From assembly GCA_031431215.1 (NCBI GenBank), contig JANPCZ010000102.1:23619-87618 (forward strand): 64,000 nt of DNA. Direction: 5' to 3'. Every line of letters starts with the position of its first letter. Within the stretch, counting starts at the first letter, position 1. This stretch comes from Myxococcales bacterium. GTDB lineage: Bacteria > Myxococcota_A > Polyangia > Fen-1088. A model generated the notes under the pieces. The model did no database searches, had not been told where the DNA came from, and saw only the letters and a list, made by a program, of their open reading frames with translations. Shown in pieces: positions 17,579-27,680 of the stretch. The translations under genes and the position numbers were made by a program.

Positions 17579-18985
17579 TCACTGAGCGGGTAGTTTGCCG
17601 GTGCGGCAGCAGCGGAATCCGACCGACGGCAGGCGGACCGCTGCCATCGGCGCCGGGATGGCGGCCGTGCACTTGAGGCCGGGCGCGTCGCCGCTGAAGC
17701 TGGCGATGTTGTAGGCGCCGCCACGCATCTCGAACGCCGAGGCGGCGGTGGTGGTGACCCATTCGCGCACGTTGCCCGAGAGATCATAGATGCGGGTCTC
17801 GCCGGGGGGCGCGCCCGCCTCCGACGCGCACATGGTCGCGCTGCCGGTGGCGACGACGCTGGGAGGCATCTTGAAATCCACGCCGTTGCACTTCATGCCG
17901 TCGTAGCTGGCGCCGTAGGGATACGGGTTGACCGTCACGCTGCCCCGGCTACACGCTTTCTCCCACTCGATGCTTGAGCACAGGCGCCACATCGTGCCGA
18001 CGGCCTCGCAAGCTTTGGCAGCGTCCTTCCTGTCGATGTTGGTCCACGGCATGCGCGACGGCAACGAGCACGCGCGCACCGTGCCGTTTGAACCTGGGGC
18101 CTTGTCGGTCGAGTCGGGCCGCGCGCTCTCGTACGCGAACATGGTCACGTCGGCTACCTGAACGTAGACGAGCTTGTCGTCCGTGGTGCGGTCAGCCTCG
18201 GAGTTGATCTCGTCGATCTTGCCGTCGCAGTCGTTGTCCCGGCCGTCGCAGATCTCGACGCCGCCGTTGGTTTCGGCGCAGTTCGATTCGCAGCCGTCGC
18301 CCGGAATCTTGTTGCGGTCGGCGAAGCCAGGCAAGCACATCTTGAGCGTGCACATGCCGCCCTCGCAGCCGGCGTCGGCACCGGGCAGCGTGCATTTGTT
18401 GCCGCACTTGCCACAGTTGTTCGCATCTTTTGCCAGGTCGAAGGCTTCGTCGATCCTGCCGTCGCAGTTGTTGTCCTTACCGTCGCACAGCTCCTGACCG
18501 GTGAACTGGCACTCGCAGCCATCTTCCTTGCTGCCGTTCACGTCTCGGAAGCTTGGATCCTTGCACGTGAAGCCGCACACACCCGCCACGCACACCGATT
18601 CGGCGTTGGGCGGCACCGGCAGGCAGGTGATGTCACACCGGCCGCACGAGGTGACCTTGTCCTGTAGGTCGCTTGCCACCACGTCGTCGACGATACCGTT
18701 GCAGTCGTCGTCGAGGCCGTTGCAGATCTCACGGGCTATCCTGATGCAGGCGTCGGGCCGCGCAACCGCGTCGGGCAGTACCAGGATGGGGCCGGTGTCG
18801 GGCGGCGCTGGCGGGGCATCGGCGCCTGCCTCGGGCGGGCCCTTGGGGATGTCGATTTCCAGGTGGCGCGGGCTGCAGGCCGCGGCGGTGCAGATCGACA
18901 GGCACGCGGCGAAGAAAGGCTTTGACAGCAGTCTCCTCCTGGCCTGCTGCGGTACGGTCCGTTCTGTCATGGTGCGATGGTCCAA
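17579..18985 (-). CDS. Lipoprotein with three 'CxGxDxDCDGxxDE' myxobacterial Cys-rich metal-binding-type repeats and a C-terminal FGE-sulfatase (SUMF1/FGS) domain
   Basis: Lipobox 'LSICTAAACS'. Repeats 'ICNGLDDDCNGIVDD', 'LCDGKDNNCDGRIDE', 'ICDGRDNDCDGKIDE'. C-terminal 'YDLSGNVREWV...RGGAYN' is typical of the FGE-sulfatase fold. 12-nt gap to the downstream vWA gene. Confidence 0.7.
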   Translation of the reverse strand: MDHRTMTERTVPQQARRRLLSKPFFAACLSICTAAACSPRHLEIDIPKGPPEAGADAPPAPPDTGPILVLPDAVARPDACIRIAREICNGLDDDCNGIVDDVVASDLQDKVTSCGRCDITCLPVPPNAESVCVAGVCGFTCKDPSFRDVNGSKEDGCECQFTGQELCDGKDNNCDGRIDEAFDLAKDANNCGKCGNKCTLPGADAGCEGGMCTLKMCLPGFADRNKIPGDGCESNCAETNGGVEICDGRDNDCDGKIDEINSEADRTTDDKLVYVQVADVTMFAYESARPDSTDKAPGSNGTVRACSLPSRMPWTNIDRKDAAKACEAVGTMWRLCSSIEWEKACSRGSVTVNPYPYGASYDGMKCNGVDFKMPPSVVATGSATMCASEAGAPPGETRIYDLSGNVREWVTTTAASAFEMRGGAYNIASFSGDAPGLKCTAAIPAPMAAVRLPSVGFRCCRTGKLPAQ

Positions 18986-19162
18986 TGCGAGTTCTCGCAG
19001 CTACCATATACCTCCCTGCCCTCCACAAACCAGGGCGCTTTCGCGCCGGGGTTCCGGGCTTGAGGCACACACGAACTTCGTGCCCGGAGCGTCTCGAGCG
19101 GAAGCCGACATCACCGAACTCGACCCCGGGCGGGCTTGACTCCGGCTGGTCTCCGTAGGCCA

Positions 19163-20218
19163 ATGGCGCCAAGCTCGATGGAATCGCTCAGCATCCGGGA
19201 TCCGCGCCAGGGCGACGTGCCGGCGTTCTTGCGCCCGGCTGCGGCGCTGCTTGGTGATGCGCGCGATCTGGTGTTCGTCTGGCTAATGCTGAAGTGCGCC
19301 CTGGTGGGGATCGCGGGCGTGGCGCTGTTCTTCGCCGGGCCGCACCTTTGGTACCTGGCGCCGCTCTACTGGCTTCTACTCGGTGCGTGGACCATGGACC
19401 GGTTCATCCTGATGCTCCACTGCACGTCGCACCGGCCCTTGTTCAAGGCGCGCCACCGGGCGCTCGCGACCATCATCCCGTGGGTGCTTGGGCCGTTCCA
19501 TGGCGAGACGCCCGAGACCTATTTCGTCCACCACATGGGCATGCATCATCGCGAAGAGAACCTCGGGGACGATCTCAGCTCGACCATGGGCTACCACCGC
19601 GATCGCTTGTCGCACTGGCTGCACTACTGGTTGCGCTTCATGGTCTTGGGGCTGTGGCAGCTTGCCGGGTACCACCGACGGAAGGGCAACACGCGTCTGC
19701 TGCGACGCCTGATCATTGGCGAGGGCGCGTTCTGGCTGGTGGTGGCCGGGCTGTTGCTGGTGAACCCGGCGGCGACCTTGGTGGTGTTCGTCGGCCCCGT
19801 GGTGCTGGTGCGCACCTTGATGATGGCGGGCAACTGGGGCCAACACGCCTTCGTATGCGCGCAGCAACCTGGGAATCCCTACCGCTCCAGCATCACGTGC
19901 ATCAACACCCGCTACAACCGCCGCTGCTTCAACGACGGCTACCACATCCACCATCACGTGCAGGCGCGCTGCCACTACACCGAGCTGCCTGCCGAGCTCG
20001 AGCGCAATCTGGCGCGCTACGGTGCCGAGGACGCTCTCGTGTTCGACGGCCTCGACTTCTTCCAGGTGTGGCTCCTCTTGATGCTCAAGCGCTGGCGGCG
20101 GCTGGCCCGCGCCGTGGTGCAGCTGCCGGGTGCGCCGGCGCGGGACGAGAGCGAGATGATCGCGTTCCTCAAGCAGCGGACGCAGCCGATCGAGCCAACG
20201 TCCGCTCGGGCGGTGTAG
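19163..20218 (+). CDS. Membrane fatty-acid desaturase family protein
   Basis: Three His boxes, 'HCTSH', 'HHMGMHH' and 'HIHHH', separated by TM segments. The track ORF starts at a TTG at 19136; the first ATG is 19163. Confidence 0.7.
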   Translation: MAPSSMESLSIRDPRQGDVPAFLRPAAALLGDARDLVFVWLMLKCALVGIAGVALFFAGPHLWYLAPLYWLLLGAWTMDRFILMLHCTSHRPLFKARHRALATIIPWVLGPFHGETPETYFVHHMGMHHREENLGDDLSSTMGYHRDRLSHWLHYWLRFMVLGLWQLAGYHRRKGNTRLLRRLIIGEGAFWLVVAGLLLVNPAATLVVFVGPVVLVRTLMMAGNWGQHAFVCAQQPGNPYRSSITCINTRYNRRCFNDGYHIHHHVQARCHYTELPAELERNLARYGAEDALVFDGLDFFQVWLLLMLKRWRRLARAVVQLPGAPARDESEMIAFLKQRTQPIEPTSARAV

Positions 20219-20327
20219 CCAAACACCGGCAGCACCGCTTGCGGGGTGCATGCCATCCCGGGAAAGCGCCGCATCGTGCTCGGCGCGCCAGGGCCGAGTA
20301 CTCGCCGGACCAGCCGGGACCCAGGCG

Positions 20328-20885
20328 TCAGCCAACGGCCCAAAGAGCCACCAGCGGCCCATCGCGGCCGGCGACTGGATCGGTGGCGGGCACCGCAACA
20401 CGGGCGATCTGGCGATCTGCGGCGGGGCGCTCGCCGGGCTTTCCGCGCAGCAGATCGGGGCCGGTGCCGTCAGGGTAGGCGCCGACGCAGGCAAAGTCCG
20501 CGCTTGCACCCAGGTTCTTGTGGGCGACGCCGGCCGGGATCACGACGACATCGCCGGCCGACGCGGTGACCACCACTCCGCTGTCTCCGCCAAGCAGTAC
20601 GCGCGCGCTGCCCGCGTAGATGCCCAGCACCTCGTGCGCGGTGCTGTGGTAGTGCTGGAACGAATAGACGCCGTTGCGCCAAGCGCCGGTCCAGCCGTGC
20701 TGCGCGAACAGCCGCTCGAACGCGGACGCGGGGTCGCGATCGGGCAAGGTCACGGCGGCCGGGTAGATGACGGCGGGCAGCCGGCTGTTGGGGAACGTGC
20801 CATCGTCTGACAGTCGGTGCGCCACCGGGGGCATCCCGCTGCGCGCCGTCCCGGCTGTCCGCGGTGCGTGCGCGGAGGTGGTCAT
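20328..20885 (-). CDS. Cupin-fold protein (YjlB-like)
   Basis: 'HYHSTAHEVLGIYAGSARVLLGG...VVVIPAGVAHKN' is a two-motif cupin signature. Start uncertain (20885 or 20834). Confidence 0.55.
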   Translation of the reverse strand: MTTSAHAPRTAGTARSGMPPVAHRLSDDGTFPNSRLPAVIYPAAVTLPDRDPASAFERLFAQHGWTGAWRNGVYSFQHYHSTAHEVLGIYAGSARVLLGGDSGVVVTASAGDVVVIPAGVAHKNLGASADFACVGAYPDGTGPDLLRGKPGERPAADRQIARVAVPATDPVAGRDGPLVALWAVG

Positions 20886-20989
20886 GTCGTGGCGAAAGGT
20901 AGCGCGGGCGGGCGGGGTCCGTCCATGTGGAAGGAGGCGCGACATGTCGGCAGTGAGCGAGGTCTGCGGCGCCTGTCGGGTCCGCAAGG

Positions 20990-21592
20990 TCAGTTCCCGA
21001 GCGCGTCTTCTCCCGGCCGTGTCATGCCCCGCAGCGACGCTCGCATCACCATCGTGAACTGTCCGCTGGCGGCATCGTGCACCTGGTATTCGACCGTCAC
21101 TGGGCCCACGCCAGGCGCGTAGGTGGTGCGGATGACCCGGAGGGGATCGGTGCGATTCTCTTCCACGGTGGCGCAGTTGGTGAACGTGCCGGCAGCCACC
21201 GTCACGGTGCGACCGACCATGGCGACCTTCGCGCGCCCGCCCGAGATCGGCCAGTCGGCGCCGGGTCGAATGGGAGACTTCAGGATGTAGTCGCCGATGG
21301 CCAGGCCGTCACGTCGGGCGATTCCTTCGGAGAACAGCGCGTAGTTCACGCGTTCCTCTCCGGTCTGAATAACCACGGCGCTGCCATTGTTTTCGGTCAC
21401 GGCGTAGACGGCGAGGATGCGCTCGCTACCTTTCTCGACGTCGTAGGCCCATTTCCAGCCGGGCAGAAGCGGGTAGTACGATGCTGCGTCCTCGGGTGGC
21501 GGTCCCGCCGGCGCAGCCGCCGTAGCTGCGGTCTTGCCCGCGCAGCCAAGCGCCAGCAAACCTCCCAGGACGACGGCGCGAATCTCGTGCAT
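20990..21592 (-). CDS. Hypothetical lipoprotein
   Basis: Signal with lipobox 'LLALGCAG'. No recognised domain. The 5' part of the track ORF was trimmed to Met 21592. Confidence 0.5.
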   Translation of the reverse strand: MHEIRAVVLGGLLALGCAGKTAATAAAPAGPPPEDAASYYPLLPGWKWAYDVEKGSERILAVYAVTENNGSAVVIQTGEERVNYALFSEGIARRDGLAIGDYILKSPIRPGADWPISGGRAKVAMVGRTVTVAAGTFTNCATVEENRTDPLRVIRTTYAPGVGPVTVEYQVHDAASGQFTMVMRASLRGMTRPGEDALGN

Positions 21593-21663
21593 GTCGCTCA
21601 AGATGCCCGAGCGAGGCGTGGTGGTAAACAAGCGAGTCGAGGCCGCGGCCCCGCATTAGGATT

Positions 21664-21675
21664 GATGTACATCAG
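21664..21675. promoter_or_regulatory. Perfect 12-bp palindrome TGATGTACATCA in a divergent intergenic region (candidate operator)
   Basis: Read directly: TGATGT/ACATCA sits in an AT-enriched patch between the lipoprotein gene (-, start 21592) and the coiled-coil gene (+, start 21760). Confidence 0.3.
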
Positions 21676-21759
21676 AAAACTGAGGCAAGGTACTCGCCGG
21701 TGCTTCCATTTTGCTTGTTTGCGCCTGGCGCATGCCTTGCTTGGAGCGCTCCCGGTCGC

Positions 21760-22905
21760 ATGCAATCCGGTAAGTTGCTCGTTGGCTCGGCGCTGGTGGC
21801 GACGCTCATGTTGCCGGCGAGCCGGCCGGCCCTCGCGCAGAAGCTGGCCCCCTGGCAGCGTCCGACCACAGCCCGCCTGGCCCAGCGAGGGACGGCGGCA
21901 GCCCGGGTCGATCGAATGGCGGCCGAGGCCGCGCGACTGCGATCCGACCTCGACCGCACCAACGCCGAGATCGAGACGCTCAAGCGGTCACGGGGCGGGG
22001 TGCGTACTGACTTCCGCCTTCGCCAGAAGATGGCCGACGCCGAGGCTCTGGCCCGGAGGTTGACCGAGGCCGAGGCCGACCTGCGCCGCGGGCGTGGTGG
22101 CGTCGGTGCGGCGACCGGATCGGCGGCGGGCCTGCTGGGCGCGGCGGCCGCACCCTCGCCGCAGGATGGACCCATCGAGTTCGAGGCCAAGGCTGATTTG
22201 CTGGCCGATCAGGCGCGCCGCCTCACCATCGAGGCCGATTCGCTGGCGCGCGCGGCCGGGGCGATTCGTACGCGGCAGGCGTTGCGGCGACGTGCCGGCT
22301 TGCTGGAACGGGATCCCTTCGCGGGCCTGGATGCTTCTCGCCGCAGCATGGTCTTCGCCCGGACCAGCAGCAAGGTCGGCACGTCGGCCGTTGAAGGCCC
22401 AGGCAAGGTGCCTCCGAACGAGAGCGGTCCCGCCGCCGATCCGGGGGCCGCGAGGTCTCCGGTGGCTGACAATGTGGCTCCCCAGATGGGGCCGCCGGCC
22501 GGGCCGCCACCGGCTCCGAGCGGCTCACCTTCGATCGCTGGGGGGGCCGCTGCTGTAGGCGCGCCTCCATCCACAGCGCCAGGCGCCGGCCCGCCGCCGC
22601 AGGCGCCCCCGCCGACCTCGACGCCGCTGTCGCCACCAGTTGCAGCCATGACAAAAACCCAGGCGCCTCCGACCGTCCAACCGGTCTCACCCGGAACAGC
22701 GCCATCGGTTGCCGTCACAACCCTCACCTCCACCGTGCGTACGCTGCTCGACCCGCAGACGCTGGCCGAGATCCGGCGCCTGGAGACTTCGGGGAAACCG
22801 TTGGCCGATGTCGAGGCCATGGAACGCGCCGCGGTGGCGTTGCGCGCCCGGGCCGAGGCTCTGCAGGCGCAGTCGCGTGATCTGCGGGCCCGCGCCCGGC
22901 CCTGA
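21760..22905 (+). CDS. Secreted coiled-coil / Pro-Ala-rich hypothetical protein
   Basis: Signal peptide 'MQSGKLLVGSALVATLMLPASRPALAQ'. Coiled-coil segments at both ends around a PAPS-rich low-complexity core. Confidence 0.45.
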   Translation: MQSGKLLVGSALVATLMLPASRPALAQKLAPWQRPTTARLAQRGTAAARVDRMAAEAARLRSDLDRTNAEIETLKRSRGGVRTDFRLRQKMADAEALARRLTEAEADLRRGRGGVGAATGSAAGLLGAAAAPSPQDGPIEFEAKADLLADQARRLTIEADSLARAAGAIRTRQALRRRAGLLERDPFAGLDASRRSMVFARTSSKVGTSAVEGPGKVPPNESGPAADPGAARSPVADNVAPQMGPPAGPPPAPSGSPSIAGGAAAVGAPPSTAPGAGPPPQAPPPTSTPLSPPVAAMTKTQAPPTVQPVSPGTAPSVAVTTLTSTVRTLLDPQTLAEIRRLETSGKPLADVEAMERAAVALRARAEALQAQSRDLRARARP

Positions 22906-22969
22906 TCCTGGCCACGTTCGTGGCCGTGACCGCGGACGAGGCAGGTCATCGGTGTACTATGCGGGCGAC

Positions 22970-24115
22970 ATGCGCCCCTGCGCGGTGGCCCGAGCGCTGG
23001 TGTCGGCACTCGTCGTCGTGCTGGTGAGCCCAGCCGCCCGCGGGCAGGGGGTTCGCTACGGCCTGCGTTTCGAGGCCGGCGCCGAGCACGACACCAACGT
23101 GGCGCGTGTCGAGCGGCTCAAGGGTGAGGTCGACAAAGACGGTCCGCCCCTGGTCGCCTCGCCGCTCGGGCGTTTCGTGGCCAGCGGCGATCTCGTGGCC
23201 TACCCCGGTGGGCGCCAGATCTTTTCGCTGTCGGCGAGCCTGGCGGGCAAGAAGTTCGCCGACCAGGCAGCCCGGCTGGAAGACGTGCTGGTCGGGCAAG
23301 CAGCGTCGAGCTACGGCGCATCCTTCGCTAGCAGCACCACGCTGTTGATCGGCGCCGGCTACTTCGATGTCGTCCAGCGCGAGGGTAGGTTCGCTCGCGA
23401 TTTCCGCTCGGTCGCACCGACGCTGCGTCTCGATCAGGGGGTGGGCGCTGCCGGTCTGATCAGCGCCGGCGTCGGGTACCGCTGGTTCACCTACAAGCCG
23501 TTCCGCGACTATGACTTCGCCGCGCCGACCGCGTTCGTCGGCTACCGGCACCTGATAGCCGCCGGCCTGGACGAGGGTGGTGCCGACTGGGAATGGAATA
23601 CCTCGGCCGGCGTCGAGTCGCGCGCCTTCGCGGGCGCCCTGTGTCCAAGTGCCGAGAATTGCCCGCCCACCATGGTCACCGGAAGTCGCGCCGACCGTTT
23701 CTGGACCGGGCACACCGAACTCACCCGCACCGGGCGATTCCTCCTCGGCGGTGGCGCCGCCGTGCACGTCAACCGATCGAACAGCTACGGCGAGAGCCTG
23801 GTGCGCGGCCTCCTGCACGTACGTGGGTCGGTGTTATTGCCCTGGCAGCTGGCGCTGACCACGAGGGTCGAGCTGGCGCTGACCCGCTATTCGGACAAGA
23901 TTCCCCTGTCGCGCGATCGCGCCACCGGTCTGCCCGTGGTGAGCATCGAGGACGAGGGCCGCAGCACGGTACGCGCCGAGCTGGTCCGCCCGGTGGGCGC
24001 TGCCTTGGATCTAGGCGTCCGTTACAGCCTCTACACCAACGAGCTTCGCGCCGACCAGGTCAGCTTCCGCCGCCAGACGTTTCTGTTCTTCGCGGCGTTC
24101 GCCATCGAGAAGTGA
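22970..24115 (+). CDS. Secreted hypothetical protein (possible outer-membrane β-rich protein)
   Basis: Signal peptide 'MRPCAVARALVSALVVVLVSPAARGQ'. Alternating hydrophobic pattern. No domain recognised. Confidence 0.45.
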   Translation: MRPCAVARALVSALVVVLVSPAARGQGVRYGLRFEAGAEHDTNVARVERLKGEVDKDGPPLVASPLGRFVASGDLVAYPGGRQIFSLSASLAGKKFADQAARLEDVLVGQAASSYGASFASSTTLLIGAGYFDVVQREGRFARDFRSVAPTLRLDQGVGAAGLISAGVGYRWFTYKPFRDYDFAAPTAFVGYRHLIAAGLDEGGADWEWNTSAGVESRAFAGALCPSAENCPPTMVTGSRADRFWTGHTELTRTGRFLLGGGAAVHVNRSNSYGESLVRGLLHVRGSVLLPWQLALTTRVELALTRYSDKIPLSRDRATGLPVVSIEDEGRSTVRAELVRPVGAALDLGVRYSLYTNELRADQVSFRRQTFLFFAAFAIEK

Positions 24116-24123
24116 CCGCGCGG

Positions 24124-25497
24124 CTACCGGTGCTTGTTGCGCATCGCGATCGAGATGTTGACACCCAGGTAGCGATCGGTGGCGCCACCGGCGATCTTGT
24201 TGCCTTCCATGACGTCAGTCTTGGCCGAGTGCATGTTGAACACGATCTGGCGGAAGTCGCCTACCACACGCGCCTCCAGGCCGTTGAGCAGGAACGGCAG
24301 TCCGATCGCCACCCCCGCATAAGCCTGGCCACCGCGATGGGTCGCGTACTTGAAGTTGCCAGGCTCGGCGATCTCGCCGGCCTTCAAGATGTAGAGAAAA
24401 TCACCCCCGGCCAGCACGCCCACCATATCGTTGACTTCGTAGCGAATGCCGGCGCCGACGCGAACGTGGTCGTACTTCACGCCCAGCACCGCTGAGGCGA
24501 CATCGCGGCCTGCCTTGGCATCGCTGACCGGAACGACCTGATAAAGCATCCGTCCATAGGCAACGTTGCCTTCGATATCGAGCGTGCCCAAACTGTAACG
24601 GCCCTTGACGCCGCCGTGGAAGCCGTACACGTCGGTCCGGTACTTGTAGAACTTGTCCTCCGACACCAGGATTCCGGTCGGCACCCAATCGACGTCGACC
24701 GTGACACCCACGTATTTGATGAAGAAGTAGTCCGCGGCGAACGCAACCGCCGGGACGGCAGCGAGCTTGTAGTTCTGCGCCATCCCGGCCATCGCGGTGC
24801 GCACGTTCTCCTGGTAGGTGAACTTGCGATTCATCACGTGAGCGCCGATCGACACATCGAGCCCAGCCGGCAAGAGGTTGCCGGACGAGCCAGCCGACGA
24901 AGCGGAAGCCGCGATATCAGCGTCTGCTTCGCCCCCATCCTCTTTCGCGGGCGCATCGCCCTTGTCATCGCCTTTGGCGTCCTTCTTGGACTCTGCTGCA
25001 GCCACTCGCTTGGCGCCGCCACCCTTGCCCAGCAGCGGCGGCAGCTTGTCGCCGATGCCGGCCTCGATGTCGGAAAGCACCTTCTGCGCGTCGGCTCCCG
25101 ACCAGCTCTCCTCGCCGGTGACGCCGCCGTCGGCGCCGCGCACGGTCAGCTTGGCACGCGGCTTCTTGCCGCCGCTCATGCTGCCGCCCACGAACGCTCC
25201 CGTCTTCAGTTCCTTGGCCACCGCCGGGTAGGCGTCCGCGATCTGGATGAGGCCGAGGTCGGCCTCTACCTGCGCGACCTTCTTGTCGGGGACAACATCC
25301 AGTCCCGAGATCTTGCCAAGCGCGCCGAGCACGATTTGCCGGAAGCGATCCGAACTCGGCCCGCTGAACTGCTCGACCACCACCTTCTTGTCCTGCGCCA
25401 CGGCCGGTGATGAAGGGCCAAGAATCGAGGTGACGGCTACGGCCAAGGCGGCGGAAACGATTGTCCGCACCGAAAGCCCAGAGTGCGCGCGAATCAT
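24124..25497 (-). CDS. Secreted hypothetical protein (possible outer-membrane β-rich protein)
   Basis: Signal peptide '...AALAVAVTSILGPSSPAVAQ', an Asp/Lys/Gly-rich linker, and a C-terminal β-strand-like alternating pattern. Convergent with the previous gene at an 8-bp gap. Confidence 0.5.
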   Translation of the reverse strand: MIRAHSGLSVRTIVSAALAVAVTSILGPSSPAVAQDKKVVVEQFSGPSSDRFRQIVLGALGKISGLDVVPDKKVAQVEADLGLIQIADAYPAVAKELKTGAFVGGSMSGGKKPRAKLTVRGADGGVTGEESWSGADAQKVLSDIEAGIGDKLPPLLGKGGGAKRVAAAESKKDAKGDDKGDAPAKEDGGEADADIAASASSAGSSGNLLPAGLDVSIGAHVMNRKFTYQENVRTAMAGMAQNYKLAAVPAVAFAADYFFIKYVGVTVDVDWVPTGILVSEDKFYKYRTDVYGFHGGVKGRYSLGTLDIEGNVAYGRMLYQVVPVSDAKAGRDVASAVLGVKYDHVRVGAGIRYEVNDMVGVLAGGDFLYILKAGEIAEPGNFKYATHRGGQAYAGVAIGLPFLLNGLEARVVGDFRQIVFNMHSAKTDVMEGNKIAGGATDRYLGVNISIAMRNKHR

Positions 25498-25775
25498 GCT
25501 GCTCTCCTCGCTCCTCGTCGTAGGTGGTGACAGAGGAGCCGTGTGGGGTGAAGGGAATTTCTATGCCCCAGGGTCCCAAGGTGTCAAGGCCAGACCCCTT
25601 CGAGTCATCGCGATCGTTGCTAGTTTCGCGGCGCGCGGGCTCGCGCCAAAGTTGGCATTGACTTATGCGATCGGGGCGCGAAGAATCGCCGCCCGGGTCG
25701 AGGCGCACGAGCGCAGAACTCGGGGTCGGATCCCGGCTCGACCAAGACCAAGAGCAAGAGAGGGAATTCGACAAC

Positions 25776-27482
25776 ATGGGAAGCGAAGCCAGGGCGCCGT
25801 CCAAGCCGTCCAAGAAGACCAAGTTCATCTTCGTCACGGGCGGTGTGGTGTCGTCGCTGGGCAAGGGCCTGGCGGCCGCATCCATCGGGTCCCTGCTTGA
25901 GGCCCGCGGCCTCAAGATCACGATTCAGAAGCTCGACCCGTATCTCAACGTCGATCCCGGGACGATGAACCCCATGCAGCATGGCGAGGTCTTTGTCACC
26001 GATGACGGTGCCGAGACCGATCTCGACCTTGGTCACTACGAACGCTTCCTGACCGGAAGAACCAGCAAACTCAACAATGTGACCTCGGGCCAGATCTACC
26101 TGTCGGTCATCCAGAAGGAGCGTCGCGGGGAGTACCTGGGCGGCACCGTGCAGGTCATCCCGCACGTCACCGATGAGATCAAGTCGCGCATCCTGGCGTG
26201 TGCGACCGGCGTCGACGTGGCCATCATCGAGGTCGGCGGCACGGTCGGCGACATCGAATCGCTACCGTTCCTCGAAGCCATCCGCCAGCTGCGCTTCGAG
26301 ATGGGCCACGGCAACGCCATCAGCGTGCACGTCACGCTGGTGCCGTACATCGGCACGGCGGGCGAGCTCAAGACCAAGCCGACGCAGCACTCAGTGATGA
26401 AGCTGCGCGAGATCGGGATCCAGCCTGACATCCTGTTGTGTCGCTCGTCGCGCACCATCGGGACAGCGCTGAAGCAGAAGATCGCGCTCTTTACCAACGT
26501 CGCACCCGACGCCGTGTTCTCCGCCGAGGATGTGTCGTGCATCTACGAGGTGCCGATCCGTTTTCACAAGGAGGGTGTGGACGAGAAGGTCGCCGAGTTC
26601 CTCAACATATGGTCGCGCGCGCCCGAGTTGACCGGCTGGGAACAGGTTGTCGAACGCCTGAAAGGCTCGCGCGAGGAAGTCGACATCGCGCTGGTGGGCA
26701 AGTACGTGGACCTGGTCGAATCGTACAAGAGCCTCAACGAGGCCATCATCCACGGCGGCATAGCCAACGAGTGCCGCGTGAATTTGCACCACATCGACTC
26801 GGAGGAGATCGAGAAGAAGGGCGCGGCCGCGAAGCTAGACGGCATGGATGGCATTCTGGTGGCGCCCGGCTTCGGCACCCGCGGTACCGAGGGCAAGATC
26901 GCGGCGGCGAAGTACGCGCGCGAGAACCGGGTGCCGTACTTCGGCATATGCCTGGGCCTGCAGATCGCGGTCATCGAATTCGCGCGCAACGTGGTCGGGC
27001 TCAAGGGCGCCAACTCGACGGAATTCGAGCCGACGCCGGCGCATCCCGTGATCGACTTCATGCCCGAGCAGCGCGCCGTGGTCGACAAGGGGGCGACCAT
27101 GCGACTTGGCGCCTACCCATGCGTGCTGGCCAGCGGTTCCAAGGCGGCCGCGGCGTACGGCACGGCCGAGATCTCCGAGCGCCACCGCCACCGCTACGAG
27201 GTCAACAACGACTATCGAGCGCAACTGGCCGCCAGTGGCCTGCTCATCTCGGGTCTGTCACCGGATCAGCGTCTGGTCGAGATGGTGGAGCTTCCCGAGC
27301 ACCCGTACTTCGTCGCGTGCCAGTTTCACCCTGAATTCAAGTCGCGGCCCAAGAGCCCACACCCTCTGTTCCGCAGCTTCATCGCGGCCGCCCTGCGAGT
27401 TCGCAAGGACCGCGAGAAAGCTCGTCGCCCGGCCCCGGCTGCGGGCCCCGCCGATCCGGTCGAAGCTCGCCCGAGCGCCTGA
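25776..27482 (+). CDS. pyrG: CTP synthase
   Basis: '[23 protein letters not shown]' (synthetase N-terminus) plus C-terminal glutamine amidotransferase with 'GICLGLQ' (catalytic Cys) and 'HRHRYEVN'. SD 'agagaggga' upstream. Confidence 0.95.
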   Translation: MGSEARAPSKPSKKTKFIFVTGGVVSSLGKGLAAASIGSLLEARGLKITIQKLDPYLNVDPGTMNPMQHGEVFVTDDGAETDLDLGHYERFLTGRTSKLNNVTSGQIYLSVIQKERRGEYLGGTVQVIPHVTDEIKSRILACATGVDVAIIEVGGTVGDIESLPFLEAIRQLRFEMGHGNAISVHVTLVPYIGTAGELKTKPTQHSVMKLREIGIQPDILLCRSSRTIGTALKQKIALFTNVAPDAVFSAEDVSCIYEVPIRFHKEGVDEKVAEFLNIWSRAPELTGWEQVVERLKGSREEVDIALVGKYVDLVESYKSLNEAIIHGGIANECRVNLHHIDSEEIEKKGAAAKLDGMDGILVAPGFGTRGTEGKIAAAKYARENRVPYFGICLGLQIAVIEFARNVVGLKGANSTEFEPTPAHPVIDFMPEQRAVVDKGATMRLGAYPCVLASGSKAAAAYGTAEISERHRHRYEVNNDYRAQLAASGLLISGLSPDQRLVEMVELPEHPYFVACQFHPEFKSRPKSPHPLFRSFIAAALRVRKDREKARRPAPAAGPADPVEARPSA

Positions 27483-27680
27483 AGTCGCGCCCAGAATCGG
27501 ATCCAGGCGGCCTGACCCGGGCGGTCCTGATCCGCGTTGCGTTGTCGCGGCGAAACCTTCGTCTTTTTGAGGCGTTGTCGTCGTCGAAAGCAATACATAT
27601 ACCACCCATGACTTTGAGCTTTACCGGTTCGCTTTTGAGGTGTTACATACAGGGCGAAGGCGGCGGAATTTCCGGCAACG

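Noticed and set aside
19294-20509. Two long ORFs (394 aa +, 377 aa −) overlapping the desaturase gene
   Set aside because: Neither has motifs. The desaturase frame has three canonical His boxes and TM segments.
25498-25775. TGGCAT-N-TGC / TTGACT elements upstream of pyrG examined as sigma-54 or sigma-70 promoters
   Set aside because: The GG to GC spacing is 11 rather than 10, and the -10 candidate 'AAGAAT' is weak. Not convincing enough to annotate.
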